64,000 nucleotides of DNA from an uncultured Clostridia bacterium (GTDB lineage: Bacteria; Bacillota; Clostridia; TANB77; CAG-508): NCBI GenBank assembly GCA_944390365.1, contig CALXPW010000004.1, positions 23,491-87,490 of the forward strand, in the 5' to 3' direction. Positions 29,455 to 39,985 of this stretch are shown one piece after another. The notes below the pieces were generated by a model, which saw nothing but the letters and a program-made list of their open reading frames with translations, searched no databases and was not told the DNA's origin. The translations under genes were made by a program, and so were the position numbers. Every line of letters begins with the position of its first letter. Position 1 is the first letter of the stretch.

Positions 29455-31857
29455 TTATTCATTACTACTCATCTTAAGTTCTTCCCATCTTTCCTTAGTC
29501 ATAAGCACCTCACGAGGCTTACTTCCTTGGAAACCTGATATTATTCCTCTCTCTTCCATTTGGTCTATAATTCTACCCGCTCTAGCATAGCCAACCTTAA
29601 AACGTCTTTGAATAAATGATGTAGATGCTTGTCCTGTTTCAACAACAACATCTATTGCATCCATTAGTAATGGATCAGTATTATCATCTTCATCTTGGCT
29701 ATCTATTTCTTTATCTGTACTATTCGAGTTTTCAATTTGTTGTAAAATATCATCATTGTATGTAGCTTCGCTATTATTTTTAATAAAGTCAACTATTTTT
29801 TCTACTTCTTTATCAGAAATAAATGCCCCTTGTATTCTAGTTGGTTTTGGAGCTCCTGCTGGATAGAATAACATATCTCCCTTACCTAGTAATTTTTCTG
29901 CACCTGCCATATCTAAAATTGTTCTCGAATCTACTTGAGAAGATACAGAAAATGCAATTCTTGATGGTATGTTTGCTTTAATTATACCAGTAATTACATC
30001 TACAGATGGTCTTTGAGTAGCTATTACCAAGTGCATACCTGCAGCTCTTGCCATTTGTGCTAGTCTACATATTGAATCTTCTACATCTTTTGGTGAAACC
30101 ATCATTAAGTCTGATAACTCATCTATTATAATTACAATTTGAGGTAATTTTTGTCCCTCTCCTTCTTCTTCTAATGCTGCATTATACCCTTTTATATCTC
30201 TTACATTTTTGCTTGCAAACAAGCTATACCTGTTTACCATTTCTTGTACTGCCCACGCAAGCGCTCCTGCTGCCTTTTTAGGATCTGTAACTACAGGAAT
30301 AAGCAAATGTGGAATTCCGTTATACACAGAAAGTTCAACCACTTTTGGGTCTACCATTACAAGTTTTACTTCACTTGGTTTTGCTTTATAAATTATACTA
30401 GCTATCAATGTATTTATACATACAGATTTACCTGAACCTGTAGCTCCTGCAATAAGTACGTGAGGCATTTTTGCGATATCTGCAACAACTTCTTCTCCTG
30501 CTACATCTTTTCCTAATGCAAATGCTAATTTCGATTTGTGATTTTTAAAACTATCGCTATCTATTATATCTCTTAATGGCACAATTTCATTTTCTTTGTT
30601 TGGCACTTCAATTCCTACTGCTTGTTTACCAGGTATTGGTGCTTCAATTCTAATAGTTTCTGCTGCTAAGCTAAGCGCTATATCATCTGCTAAGTTTGCT
30701 ATTTTGCTTACTCTAACACCTTCTGCAGGTTTTAGTTCGTACCTTGTAATAGCAGGTCCAACTGATACATTTTCAACTTTTGCTGAAACTCCAAAACTAT
30801 ACAATGTTTTTTGTAATCTTGTAGCTGTATCCGCAACAGCCTTTTTGCCACCTTTTACAGTTTTTTTATCGCCTTCTGCTAATAACTGTATTGGAGGAAA
30901 TTCATAATGTTCATCTTCCACAGTTAAAGTATGCTCTAATTGCAATACTTGTTTTACTTTTTCCTCTTTTGTTTCTTGTTCCTCTTTAAACAAGTTTGCT
31001 TCTATTTCATCTGGATTTGATTTTTCTTTTTCCTCTTTTTTGTCTTTTACTCTACCATTTATATTAAATGGTATTAGATCATCATTAGTATGATCATACT
31101 TTTTAAGTTTTTTATCTTTTCTTTTTCCATCATTATCAGAATCATCATTTAAATTTATAGTTAATTGCTCTGCTAATTGTTCTGCTTCTCTTTTTTGCTC
31201 TTCTTTTTCTCTTAATCTACGCTCTTTTTTAGTTTCTTTTCTTTCTTCTACATCTTCTTGAATTCTAGCAAGCTTAGCTTCTTCTCTTTCTGCTCTTCTT
31301 TCTTCTTTTTCTTCTCTTTTTGTATCAATAAAATCCGCAATCATCTCAGCAGGCTTTATTCCAAATATAAATACTAGTAATATTGCTCCAATTCCTATAC
31401 ACAATATTACAGTTCCAATTTTTCCAAGTAACCCTATAAGTCCAAAAGCTATTGCCGTTCCTATTGCTCCACCACCACTATTAGTTTCTCCTAATTCATA
31501 TCCTCTTTCTACAACTGAAGAAAAATCTCCAGTTTCATCTAAGTTACCATTTGAAAACTGAAATACACTAAGCACAGTAGCTATGCAAAGTAAGAAAATT
31601 CCATACTGTATTAGTTTTGATATTAAATATTCTTTATCTTCTGAAGTCATATATATTGCTATTAAAAAAGTTCCAATTGGAATAATATATTTAATAGAAC
31701 CCATTATTCCGCCTAAAATAGGGCTTAAATGTTCTCCTATATAACCAGATTTTGTATATATTAGTATTGCAAGTAAAATACTTATTAAAATCATAAATAC
31801 TACTGCTACATTTATATCTAATCCTCTTTTTTTGCTTCTTTTTCCACGTTTAGCCAA
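29455..31857 (-). CDS. ftsK: DNA translocase FtsK/SpoIIIE
   Basis: N-terminal TM helices, a charged linker, the motor [18 protein letters not shown] (Walker A) and [12 protein letters not shown] (Walker B), and a gamma wHTH at the C-terminus. Confidence 0.9.
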   Translation of the reverse strand: MAKRGKRSKKRGLDINVAVVFMILISILLAILIYTKSGYIGEHLSPILGGIMGSIKYIIPIGTFLIAIYMTSEDKEYLISKLIQYGIFLLCIATVLSVFQFSNGNLDETGDFSSVVERGYELGETNSGGGAIGTAIAFGLIGLLGKIGTVILCIGIGAILLVFIFGIKPAEMIADFIDTKREEKEERRAEREEAKLARIQEDVEERKETKKERRLREKEEQKREAEQLAEQLTINLNDDSDNDGKRKDKKLKKYDHTNDDLIPFNINGRVKDKKEEKEKSNPDEIEANLFKEEQETKEEKVKQVLQLEHTLTVEDEHYEFPPIQLLAEGDKKTVKGGKKAVADTATRLQKTLYSFGVSAKVENVSVGPAITRYELKPAEGVRVSKIANLADDIALSLAAETIRIEAPIPGKQAVGIEVPNKENEIVPLRDIIDSDSFKNHKSKLAFALGKDVAGEEVVADIAKMPHVLIAGATGSGKSVCINTLIASIIYKAKPSEVKLVMVDPKVVELSVYNGIPHLLIPVVTDPKKAAGALAWAVQEMVNRYSLFASKNVRDIKGYNAALEEEGEGQKLPQIVIIIDELSDLMMVSPKDVEDSICRLAQMARAAGMHLVIATQRPSVDVITGIIKANIPSRIAFSVSSQVDSRTILDMAGAEKLLGKGDMLFYPAGAPKPTRIQGAFISDKEVEKIVDFIKNNSEATYNDDILQQIENSNSTDKEIDSQDEDDNTDPLLMDAIDVVVETGQASTSFIQRRFKVGYARAGRIIDQMEERGIISGFQGSKPREVLMTKERWEELKMSSNE

Positions 31858-31947
31858 AGTATTTTCCTCCTTCGAAAATATCTTTTTTTGGTATATCCCT
31901 TGGTATTATATCACAAGGTTATACAAAAGCAAACAGAATTTTAAAAT

Positions 31948-31965
31948 TGTAACAAAAATGTAATA
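31948..31965 (-). promoter_or_regulatory. two phased TGTAACA/TGTAATA repeats upstream of ftsK
   Basis: tgtaaca at 31948 and tgtaata at 31959 (11 bp apart), about 90 nt upstream of the ftsK start. Confidence 0.3.
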
Positions 31966-31978
31966 TATTATAATACTT

Positions 31979-32124
31979 TGAAAGAAGATATGTTTTTTAT
32001 TTTTATTTTCGTCCCCCAACATCGCACAAAATGTATTAACTCACTAACGTTCATTAAACATTTTGTAAGCTTGTCGGTCCCCACCTTAAGACTACAATAA
32101 AAATAAAAAACATATCTTCTTTCA
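31979..32124 (+). ncRNA. extended-hairpin element, copy B (candidate 6S-like RNA); strand uncertain
   Basis: A perfect 29-bp closing stem (tgaaagaagatatgttttttatttttatt / aataaaaataaaaaacatatcttctttca) unrelated in sequence to that of copy A. The same internal loop (ttcgtcccccaacatcgc versus aagcttgtcggtccccaccttaagactac). A co-varying 9-bp stem acaaaatgt/acattttgt. On the plus strand, TTGTAA (31947-52), a 16-nt spacer and TATAAT (31969-74) end 5-7 nt before the stem. Confidence 0.4.
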
Positions 32125-32126
32125 TA

Positions 32127-32160
32127 AACAACAAAAATAGAATACTTAAGAAAGTATTCT
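32127..32160 (-). terminator. rho-independent terminator after the 145-aa coiled-coil gene
   Basis: On the minus strand: AAATAGAATACTT-tctt-AAGTATTCTATTT, followed by TTGTTGTTT. Confidence 0.6.
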
Positions 32161-32596
32161 ATTTTAACTCTTTTCTATTATTTTGTATTATTTTTAGTGC
32201 ATCTTCTAATGCTACTTCAATTCCTGCTAAAACGCCATCAGCATATTCTTCTGTTCCGCTTTTTATTTCTCTTGACATCTCATTTGCAGTTTCTATTATT
32301 TCTACTTTTTTCTCATAAGCTTTTTTAGTAATTTCATGTTCGTCTATCATAGATATAATTCTGTTTTCTGCTTCTTTAATTATCTCATCGGCTTCATTTT
32401 GAGCCTCAACTAATATTCTTTGTCTTTCTTCTTTAATCCATTTTGCTTGTTTTAATTCATCTGGTAATTTTAATCTTATTTCTTTTATTATATCTAAAAT
32501 ATCATCTTTATTTACTATGCATTTACTTGAGAATGGTACTTTTCTACTTTTATCTAGCATATCTTCTAATGTTTCCAATAAAGTAAATATTTCCAT
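32159..32596 (-). CDS. small coiled-coil protein (ATPase subunit b/H-like), function unknown
   Basis: 145 aa. ..LKLPDELKQAKWIKEERQRILVEAQNEADEIIKEAENRI.. It is directly downstream of rsmD. Confidence 0.5.
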   Translation of the reverse strand: MEIFTLLETLEDMLDKSRKVPFSSKCIVNKDDILDIIKEIRLKLPDELKQAKWIKEERQRILVEAQNEADEIIKEAENRIISMIDEHEITKKAYEKKVEIIETANEMSREIKSGTEEYADGVLAGIEVALEDALKIIQNNRKELK

Positions 32597-32600
32597 AATT

Positions 32601-33167
32601 TTACTCCTTTCGACTTAAGAATATTAGATAAACTCTGCCATATTTTCTTAAATCATATACTTCTACTTGTAATTTTTCTAATTCTTTTAACTCTCGCTCT
32701 TTTTCATCTGTTTCTACAATTATAATTCCACTTTTATTTAATAAATCCAAAGAAATAATCTGTTCTATTGCTTTCACCGCTAAATTTTCTTTATATGGTG
32801 GGTCAATAAATACAACATCTATTTTAATATTTACTGCTTTAAGTTCGCTTAGACATTTTTTATAGTCTTTTTCAAATACTTTAGATTTATCTATAAATCT
32901 AGTTCTTTCAAGATTTTTATATATCATTTGAGTTGCTTCATGAGATTTTTCACAAAAATATACTTTTTTAGCTCCTCTACTTAAAAATTCTATTCCTATT
33001 GCTCCACTTCCAGCAAACAAGTCTAGAACTATACTGTCTTCAATTTTTTCTCTAATTATATTAAATAAAGATTCTTTAACTCTATCCAAAGTTGGTCTTG
33101 TTGCAAGACTATCTATTGAATATAATTTAGTTCCTCTTGCTATGCCACTAATGACTCTCATAACCAC
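32601..33167 (-). CDS. rsmD: 16S rRNA (guanine966-N2)-methyltransferase RsmD
   Basis: RVISGIARGTKL..TRPTLDRVKESLFNII.., SAM motif LDLFAGSGAIGIEFLSRGA, and VFIDPPY. Confidence 0.85.
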   Translation of the reverse strand: MVMRVISGIARGTKLYSIDSLATRPTLDRVKESLFNIIREKIEDSIVLDLFAGSGAIGIEFLSRGAKKVYFCEKSHEATQMIYKNLERTRFIDKSKVFEKDYKKCLSELKAVNIKIDVVFIDPPYKENLAVKAIEQIISLDLLNKSGIIIVETDEKERELKELEKLQVEVYDLRKYGRVYLIFLSRKE

Positions 33168-33233
33168 CTCTACTAATATATCATATATATATTTTATATT
33201 TTATTTTTTATATGTCAATATTATTAACACAAA

Positions 33234-33281
33234 TGTAATATTTATTTAACAGTTTTGTAATACTGTTATATTTTTGTAATA
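33234..33281 (-). promoter_or_regulatory. TGTAATA repeats upstream of rsmD
   Basis: tgtaata at 33234, 33256 and 33275 (spacings 22 and 19). A TTGACA -35-like hexamer lies downstream on the minus strand. Confidence 0.25.
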
Positions 33282-33356
33282 TTACGTATAATATTTCGTG
33301 TTCCATTAAAGCTACAAAAAGCTAGGCATATATACCTAGCTCCTCTTCTGTACATA

Positions 33357-33809
33357 TTAGTCATCCTTATTTACATCTTTTATTAACTCTAATTGTGATA
33401 TTAGTAATGATTCCATTTTTGCTTTATATACATCAAATTGCTTTTTCAAATCCTCTAACTCTTTTGTCTTAATTGATATTTGTTGCTCTATTTCCATCAA
33501 TTGACCCTTTGCAGTAGCTTGTGCATCTCTTATAATTTGTTCTGATTCTTGTTTTGCCACTTTTTTTATTTCATCAGCAGTACTTTGGGCCATTACTAAA
33601 GTATTTTGTAATGTAGATTCTAAGTTTTTATATTTTACTAAACTTGCTTCTAACTCTGATATTTTACCTTTATTTTCATTTGATTCTTTATATAATTTTT
33701 CATAGTCTACTGTTAATTCATCTAGAAAGTTATCAACTTCTTCTACACTATAGCCATTCATCATTTGTTTTGCAAACTTTTTATTTTCTATATCTAACGG
33801 TGTATACAT
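33357..33809 (-). CDS. divIVA: cell-division protein DivIVA
   Basis: MYTPLDIENKKFAKQMMNGYSVEEVDNFLDELTVDYEKLYKE is the canonical DivIVA N-terminus; the rest is coiled coil. Confidence 0.85.
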   Translation of the reverse strand: MYTPLDIENKKFAKQMMNGYSVEEVDNFLDELTVDYEKLYKESNENKGKISELEASLVKYKNLESTLQNTLVMAQSTADEIKKVAKQESEQIIRDAQATAKGQLMEIEQQISIKTKELEDLKKQFDVYKAKMESLLISQLELIKDVNKDD

Positions 33810-33841
33810 ATTGTCCCTCCTAAGCTCTGTATATAACTACA

Positions 33842-34324
33842 TTAATTATTTGAATTATTTCTTAGCCATGAAACAGATAATTTATTTTTTATCTCTTCTC
33901 TTGCCATTTCATTTGTTATGTCATAATTAAATGGTGCTACTAAAAATATAGAATTTGATACTTTTTGTAAGTTGCCATCCAATGCATGAACTGCACCACT
34001 AACAACATCAACTATTCTTCTAGCTACGTCTTTATTTACATACTCTAGATTTACAATAATTGATTTTTTCTCTTTTAATAAATTACATATACTTTCTGAT
34101 TGCTCAAAAGTAGTTGGTTGGCAAATAACCATCTTTACTTGTTGAGTTTGTGGCATATTAACTACTTTATTGTTTCTTCTGCCCCAAATTCTTCTATCAT
34201 CTTCCTCTTCTTCTTGATTTTCTATATCTTCATTTTTATCATAATCTACTTCTTCTGTTTCTTCCTCATCTTTTTCTGGTAATCCTAACATTCCCCATAC
34301 TTTTTCCATAATAGCTCCTGACAT
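33842..34324 (-). CDS. sepF: cell-division protein SepF
   Basis: C-terminal SepF domain: VICQPTTFEQSESICNLLKEKKSIIVNLEYVNKDVARRIVDVVSGAVHALDGNLQKVSNSIFLVAP. Confidence 0.85.
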   Translation of the reverse strand: MSGAIMEKVWGMLGLPEKDEEETEEVDYDKNEDIENQEEEEDDRRIWGRRNNKVVNMPQTQQVKMVICQPTTFEQSESICNLLKEKKSIIVNLEYVNKDVARRIVDVVSGAVHALDGNLQKVSNSIFLVAPFNYDITNEMAREEIKNKLSVSWLRNNSNN

Positions 34325-34412
34325 TCAAATAACCTCCTTAAAATTCGTCCTTGGTTTCTACTTGCTATAGTATCTATCATTTTTTAATTATTGTCAATAG
34401 TTTTTTAGTTTT

Positions 34413-34452
34413 TGTAACATTTTTTTAATATAATTGTAACATAATTGTAATA
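34413..34452 (-). promoter_or_regulatory. module of four 11-bp-phased T(G/A)TTA(C/A)A repeats upstream of sepF
   Basis: On the plus strand: tgtaaca at 34413, tttaata at 34424, tgtaaca at 34435, tgtaata at 34446. On the minus strand the module is followed by TTGACA (plus-strand ttgtcaa at about 34391). Confidence 0.35.
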
Positions 34453-34471
34453 TTTCTTTATGGCTTATTGA

Positions 34472-35758
34472 CTAATTAATCAATATTTCGTCATAAATTG
34501 CAATATTAGGCATGTTTCTTATTTCTGCTGGAGTATATCCTAATTCAGTTAGTTCATCACTTGTATAATTTGTAACTAATGAATATTTTTCATTTGTTTT
34601 TAGCACTTTTACTAGTATTTTATCTTCATATCCAATTCTTGTTCTTGTTACATAAGCAATTTCATTTCCATTTTTTTCTTCTGTAGATATGGCAGTATTT
34701 GGTACTCTTAGTCCAGAACTACTCCACCAAATAATACTAAATGAAATCTTTCTATATGAAGTTAGTTCTTCTACTCCTTCATCTATCTTCAAAGTTAAAA
34801 TATACTCTTTATCCTCTGTAGCTTTGTACTCTATGCTTGCCTTTACTTCTTTTCCACTAGGCAACTTAATAGTTACACTATCTCCTACTTCTGCATCTTT
34901 TGCATAATCAGAATCCAAAACGCAAACAATATAACACTCGTAATTGTCTACAATTTTTCCTTCTTCACTACTCATAGGTATAATCTGGCCAGTTTTTAAA
35001 TTTAATTCTTCTAAAAATTCCTTTGTGTATTTTCCAAAATCATCTATCGTTAAAATATCTTCATATCCATCCACTCTATATGAAACTATTCCACTTTTAG
35101 TTGCCTCTATATATTCTTCTCCTGAGCTTAGTTCATTCTCATATTCACTTCTTTGATCTATTAATTTTTTTAAATATGACCCAGCAGGGCTTTGCTCTCC
35201 CGCAATTTTAGATTTCTTACTCATACTACTAATAATTTCATCTTTACTATTTTGTATAACTTTTAAGTCGCTTTCTCCATATAAATTATATATTTTTGAG
35301 TCAATTTGGTCTTCAAGTGCTTTCGTGTCAGATGTAGGTAATTTTTCTGTTGCTTCCATTGCTTCATCTATCTTTCCATCTAGTTCTTTTATCTTTTCTA
35401 CTAAGCTTTTTTCGTTGTTAGAATAATATCTAAAAATAGCTTCTCCTTTTGCAACCTTTTCTCCTTCAGTTTTTATTTGCTCTATACCATTCTTATAATT
35501 TTCTCCCTTAATTACTTCCTCTTCCCTTATTATATATCCTACTGCAATTTCTTCTTCTCTTACCTGTCCCATTTCAACATATACTGTATCAGTTGGTTTT
35601 TGTATTAACTTAACCACCATATATATTATATATATTAAAATGCATGCTAATAAAAGCAATAGTATTATTTTTCTATGCTTTTTTAAAAAATTTATTAACT
35701 TACTTTTTCTTTTTATGTTCTTTTCTCTACTTTCTACATTAGTTGTTCTTTTCACCAT
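34472..35758 (-). CDS. membrane-anchored HlyD/membrane-fusion-like protein (tentative)
   Basis: 428 aa. An N-terminal TM helix, a lipoyl/barrel-like segment (GYIIREEEVIKGENYKNGIEQIKTEGEKVAKGEAIFRYY), then a coiled coil. It overlaps the miaA end by 20 nt. Confidence 0.4.
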   Translation of the reverse strand: MVKRTTNVESREKNIKRKSKLINFLKKHRKIILLLLLACILIYIIYMVVKLIQKPTDTVYVEMGQVREEEIAVGYIIREEEVIKGENYKNGIEQIKTEGEKVAKGEAIFRYYSNNEKSLVEKIKELDGKIDEAMEATEKLPTSDTKALEDQIDSKIYNLYGESDLKVIQNSKDEIISSMSKKSKIAGEQSPAGSYLKKLIDQRSEYENELSSGEEYIEATKSGIVSYRVDGYEDILTIDDFGKYTKEFLEELNLKTGQIIPMSSEEGKIVDNYECYIVCVLDSDYAKDAEVGDSVTIKLPSGKEVKASIEYKATEDKEYILTLKIDEGVEELTSYRKISFSIIWWSSSGLRVPNTAISTEEKNGNEIAYVTRTRIGYEDKILVKVLKTNEKYSLVTNYTSDELTELGYTPAEIRNMPNIAIYDEILIN

Positions 35759-36671
35759 ATTCCTCCAAAATAATATTTATATTATTTTGTAAATCACCTA
35801 GTCCATCAAGCCAAATTAAATTATCATATTTTCTAAACCAAGTCAACTGTCTTTTGGCATATCTTCTTGTTTCTTGTTTTATTTTTTCTATCATTTCTTC
35901 CTTAGAAATTTTGCCATCTAAATATTCTACAACTTCTTTATAGCCTAGTCCTTGTAATGCAGTTGGTAATTCTTTGTACTTTTTACATAAGTTTTTAACT
36001 TCTTCTATTAATCCAGCTTTTATCATAAGGTCAACACGTAAGTTAATTCTTTCGTATAACTTTTCTCTGTCCATTGTTATACAAAATAGTAAAAAATCGT
36101 ACTCTGGTTTATTTTTTCTAGACTCTATTTCTAACTGAGTTTTAGTTTTTCCTGTCGATTTATATATTTCCAATATTCTAAAGATTCTTTTTTTATCATT
36201 ATGACTAATTTTCTTTATAGCTTCTGGGTCTATTGACTCTGCTTTTTTATAAAGGGGTTCTAACCCCTCTTCTTTTTCAATTTTTTCTAATTCTTCTCTA
36301 TATTTTAGGTCCACTTCTATTTCATTATACTCAATATTGTATATAAGCGATTCTAAGTAAAGTCCTGTACCTCCTACAATTATCGGAACCTTGCCTTTTA
36401 AAATAATCTCTTCTATGGCAGAAATTGCATCTTTTTTATAGTCTGCTACACTATATCTTATTTCTGGAGAAACACAATCTATCAAATAGTGCTTTATTCC
36501 TTGCATTTCTTCCTCCGTTGGTTTTGCAGTTCCAATAGTCATATCTTTATATATTTGCATAGAATCACAAGATACAATCTCTCCATTTATTTTTTTAGCT
36601 AGTTCTACAGATAATTTGGTTTTTCCAGAAGCTGTTGGGCCACATATAACTATAGCTTTACGTTTATACAT
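35739..36671 (-). CDS. miaA: tRNA dimethylallyltransferase
   Basis: IVICGPTASGKTKLSVELAKKINGEIVSCDSMQIYKDMTIGTAKPTEEEMQGIKHYLID. Confidence 0.9.
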   Translation of the reverse strand: MYKRKAIVICGPTASGKTKLSVELAKKINGEIVSCDSMQIYKDMTIGTAKPTEEEMQGIKHYLIDCVSPEIRYSVADYKKDAISAIEEIILKGKVPIIVGGTGLYLESLIYNIEYNEIEVDLKYREELEKIEKEEGLEPLYKKAESIDPEAIKKISHNDKKRIFRILEIYKSTGKTKTQLEIESRKNKPEYDFLLFCITMDREKLYERINLRVDLMIKAGLIEEVKNLCKKYKELPTALQGLGYKEVVEYLDGKISKEEMIEKIKQETRRYAKRQLTWFRKYDNLIWLDGLGDLQNNINIILEEYGEKNN

Positions 36672-36690
36672 AACTATCTCCTAAATTTTC

Positions 36691-37311
36691 TTATTCTGTA
36701 ACATTACTTGGTACTGCTTCTACTACATTGTCTAATTCTGAATTAGTTTGTTCTGCACTCTCGTTTGTAAAAGTATCGTTTACCACTTCAACATTTTCTA
36801 TTTCAATTTGATTTGTTGTGTCTGTATTATTTACTATTTCATTTGATTGTTCTGCTGATAACTCATTAGTTGTTTCCTGCTGAACCTGATTATTTCTATC
36901 AGTAATCATTTTTACAACTTGATTTTGTATATTTTCAAAATATACACATTCTATAATAAGTAAAATAAGTAAAATTATTCCAAGTACTATTCCTCTATTT
37001 CTTAAAACTGTGCCACTAATTCCTCCACCTTTAAATTTGCAATAAGACCTTGCAAATAGTGGGAGTACAATTATTCCATTTATTGGAACAAACAAAAAAA
37101 TTATTAAATCCTTTCCTAAATCTGAGACCTCTGTCATTTCTATGTTTCTTGTACTAATCCAGTACACTATTGAAGTAAGGATATACATTACTGCAATTCC
37201 CATTGCAATATATATAAGTTTTTCTTTTGGTGTTCTATCATTAAGAGAACGGTACATAAGAAGTATAGAAACAATATTTAAAATTAGTATAAATAAAATA
37301 ATAACAAACAT
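36691..37311 (-). CDS. membrane protein with an Asn/Glu/Thr-rich tail (hypothetical)
   Basis: 206 aa with four predicted TM helices. It lies between mutL and miaA. Confidence 0.5.
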   Translation of the reverse strand: MFVIILFILILNIVSILLMYRSLNDRTPKEKLIYIAMGIAVMYILTSIVYWISTRNIEMTEVSDLGKDLIIFLFVPINGIIVLPLFARSYCKFKGGGISGTVLRNRGIVLGIILLILLIIECVYFENIQNQVVKMITDRNNQVQQETTNELSAEQSNEIVNNTDTTNQIEIENVEVVNDTFTNESAEQTNSELDNVVEAVPSNVTE

Positions 37312-37324
37312 AATCTATCTCCTT

Positions 37325-39775
37325 TTATCTTCTAGAAAATTTCTTTTCAATATCTGCTTTAGTCATTCTTATAGCAGTTGGCCTTCCATGTGGGCATGTA
37401 AATGGATTTGGAAGTGTTAATAATTCTTGCATTAAACTATCTACCTCTTCTTTAGTTAAGGCCATATTTGCTTTAACTGCTGCTTTGCATGCCACCGTTG
37501 CTATAAACTTTTCTTCAATTTCCTGTTTTGCAGTTCTTGCTACAGTATTTATTTCATCCAATGTTTCTAAAAATAGCTCTTTTGTATCTAAGTCTAAACA
37601 TACAGTTGGCACTCCACTTAACTTTATAGTATTTTCTCCAAATTCTTCTAATACAAATCCAGCTTTTTCAAAAATTTCCATGTTGTCCTTTGCTATTTGC
37701 ATATCTTTATGGCTTAGTGTAATAATATCTGGAAGTAGCATTAGTTGAGAATCTTTATTTGTATCATTATAATAATTTGCTTTTATTTTTTCATACATTA
37801 TTCTCTCATGTGCTGCATGTTGATCTATTATATAAAGTTCACTATTCATCTCAATAATTATGTATGTAGAAAAAGCTATACCTATAAATTTGTAATCTGG
37901 CACATTGTTTTGAGGTAACTTTTCAAATATTGAAATATTTTCAGCAGTTTTTAAATCTGCTTCATTAATTTTATATTCTGCATTTTTCTCTTCTACTTTT
38001 GGTTCTTCCTTTTTTGGCTTACCAAAAGTTAATGCATACATTTCATCAAAATTTTTATAATCTGGGTCTAGTTTTAGTTCATCTAGCTTATGCATTTTTT
38101 CATTTATTTCGTTTATATCTATTCGTTTTGTTGCATCTACAGATTCGGCTGAGTTTTCGCTAGTTGTATTTAGAGTTTCTAAAGTATTACTATTTTCATT
38201 TGTTTTAGTGTTTTCTAGTAATGGTTTTAGTGTTTCTAAATTTTCTGCTATTTTGGTACTATTATCACTTTTAGTAATCTCATCACTTGCATTGGCGCTA
38301 TCCTCATAATTGTTTATTTCATTTTTGTTATTATAAATTTGCGCAATAAAGTTTTGAGTATCATTTTCATCTTTCTTTTCTTCTATTTCCTGTTCTTTCT
38401 TTCTTCCAAATAGTCCAAACAATCCTCCTCTTTTATGCTCTTTTTTCTCCTCTTCGTCTTGGTTAAAAAATCTGTCTAAATTACTTATTCTAGAAGTTTC
38501 TTCTGACGTTTCAGATTTAGTTTCTTCTAATTTTACTGTTTCGGGTTCTGCTGGAGTCTCTATTTTATTTTCAAATTGGCTTACTGGTTTTATACTTTCT
38601 GCATTAGTTGTGTTTTGCTCTGCTACTTTATATTGATTTATATCAGTTTCTAATGTATTCTTTATGCCAAAGTTATTACTGTTACTTGTATTTGCAAAAG
38701 AATTAAACGTATTTGTTCCTAGCTTCCAAGCATCATTTGATTGTATCTGTTTATCTAATTCAATCTTGGTTTTATCTGGTATTAAATCTTCTTTTAATAA
38801 GCTATCTTTTATAGCATGGTAAACAGCTTTAAATACTTGATTTTCGTCTTCAAATCTAACCTCTAATTTTGCTGGATGTACATTAACATCTACTTTTTTA
38901 GGGTTCATTTCCATATTTAACACTAAAAATCCGTATTTTCCTATTGTAAGTAATCCTTTATATCCTTGTTCTGCTGCACTAGTTAAAAGTTTATCCTTTA
39001 TATATCTTTTATTTACAAAAAATAGCTGGTTAGACCTATTTGAACGAGCTATAACTGGCTTTCCTACTACACCTGTTATATTTATATCTTCATATGTATA
39101 ATTTACATCTATAACATTTTCGGCAACATCTTTACCATAAATGCTATAAATAACTGATTTCATATCTCCATTTCCAGAAGTTTGTATTATTACTTTTCCT
39201 GAATTTACAAGTTTAATAGATATTTCTGGATGAACAAGTGCAATTCTTGTAACTACATCTTCTATGTAACCCGCTTCTGTAAAATCTTTCTTTAAAAATT
39301 TATATCTTACAGGAGTATTATAGAATAGGTCTGTTATTGTAATAGTACTTCCTTGAGGACAACCTGCATCTTCTACATTGATAATATCTCCACCTTTAAC
39401 TTCTACTTTTTTACCAATTTCATTCTCTGCAGTTCTTGAAATTAACTCTACATGGCTAATAGCTGCAATACTTGCTAATGCCTCTCCTCTAAACCCCATA
39501 GAAGTTACAGTTTCTAAGTCTGACGCTTCTCTTATTTTACTTGTTGCATGTCTTTCAAATGCCATTTCCATATCGTCTGGTAAAAAGCCTTTTCCATTAT
39601 CTGTAATTCGTATATATGTTATTCCACCATTTTTTGTTTCTATATTTATTTTATTTGCTCCTGCATCTATTGAATTTTCTACTAGTTCTTTTACTACTGA
39701 AGCAGGCCTTTCAATAACCTCACCCGCTGCTATTTTATTTATTGTTAAGTCATCTAATAAAACTATATTACCCAT
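37325..39775 (-). CDS. mutL: DNA mismatch repair protein MutL with a long low-complexity linker
   Basis: INKIAAGEVIERPASVVKELVENSIDAGA..GFRGEALASIAAIS (GHKL ATPase). C-terminal endonuclease motif DQHAAHERIMYE ... CPHGRP. Confidence 0.9.
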   Translation of the reverse strand: MGNIVLLDDLTINKIAAGEVIERPASVVKELVENSIDAGANKINIETKNGGITYIRITDNGKGFLPDDMEMAFERHATSKIREASDLETVTSMGFRGEALASIAAISHVELISRTAENEIGKKVEVKGGDIINVEDAGCPQGSTITITDLFYNTPVRYKFLKKDFTEAGYIEDVVTRIALVHPEISIKLVNSGKVIIQTSGNGDMKSVIYSIYGKDVAENVIDVNYTYEDINITGVVGKPVIARSNRSNQLFFVNKRYIKDKLLTSAAEQGYKGLLTIGKYGFLVLNMEMNPKKVDVNVHPAKLEVRFEDENQVFKAVYHAIKDSLLKEDLIPDKTKIELDKQIQSNDAWKLGTNTFNSFANTSNSNNFGIKNTLETDINQYKVAEQNTTNAESIKPVSQFENKIETPAEPETVKLEETKSETSEETSRISNLDRFFNQDEEEKKEHKRGGLFGLFGRKKEQEIEEKKDENDTQNFIAQIYNNKNEINNYEDSANASDEITKSDNSTKIAENLETLKPLLENTKTNENSNTLETLNTTSENSAESVDATKRIDINEINEKMHKLDELKLDPDYKNFDEMYALTFGKPKKEEPKVEEKNAEYKINEADLKTAENISIFEKLPQNNVPDYKFIGIAFSTYIIIEMNSELYIIDQHAAHERIMYEKIKANYYNDTNKDSQLMLLPDIITLSHKDMQIAKDNMEIFEKAGFVLEEFGENTIKLSGVPTVCLDLDTKELFLETLDEINTVARTAKQEIEEKFIATVACKAAVKANMALTKEEVDSLMQELLTLPNPFTCPHGRPTAIRMTKADIEKKFSRR

Positions 39776-39910
39776 TTTATTCCTCCGAATTTTTTCTTTT
39801 TGTTTATTCCATAGAATTATATCATTAAACTACGTTTTTTGTATAGTTTTTTACAAAATTTTCACAAAATATATTTTTTGGGCGATGGTTTAGAGGAGTG
39901 ATGTTAATAT

Positions 39911-39957
39911 AATGCAAAAAATTTATCCACATTTTTTGTTAAAAAATGTGGATAAAT
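39911..39957 (-). terminator. rho-independent terminator after the pilin-like/FGE gene
   Basis: A 17-bp stem atttatccacatttttt / aaaaaatgtggataaat, followed on the minus strand by TTTTTGC. Confidence 0.7.
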
Positions 39958-39985
39958 TTTAGCCTATCTTTTGTTCGAGGTCACT

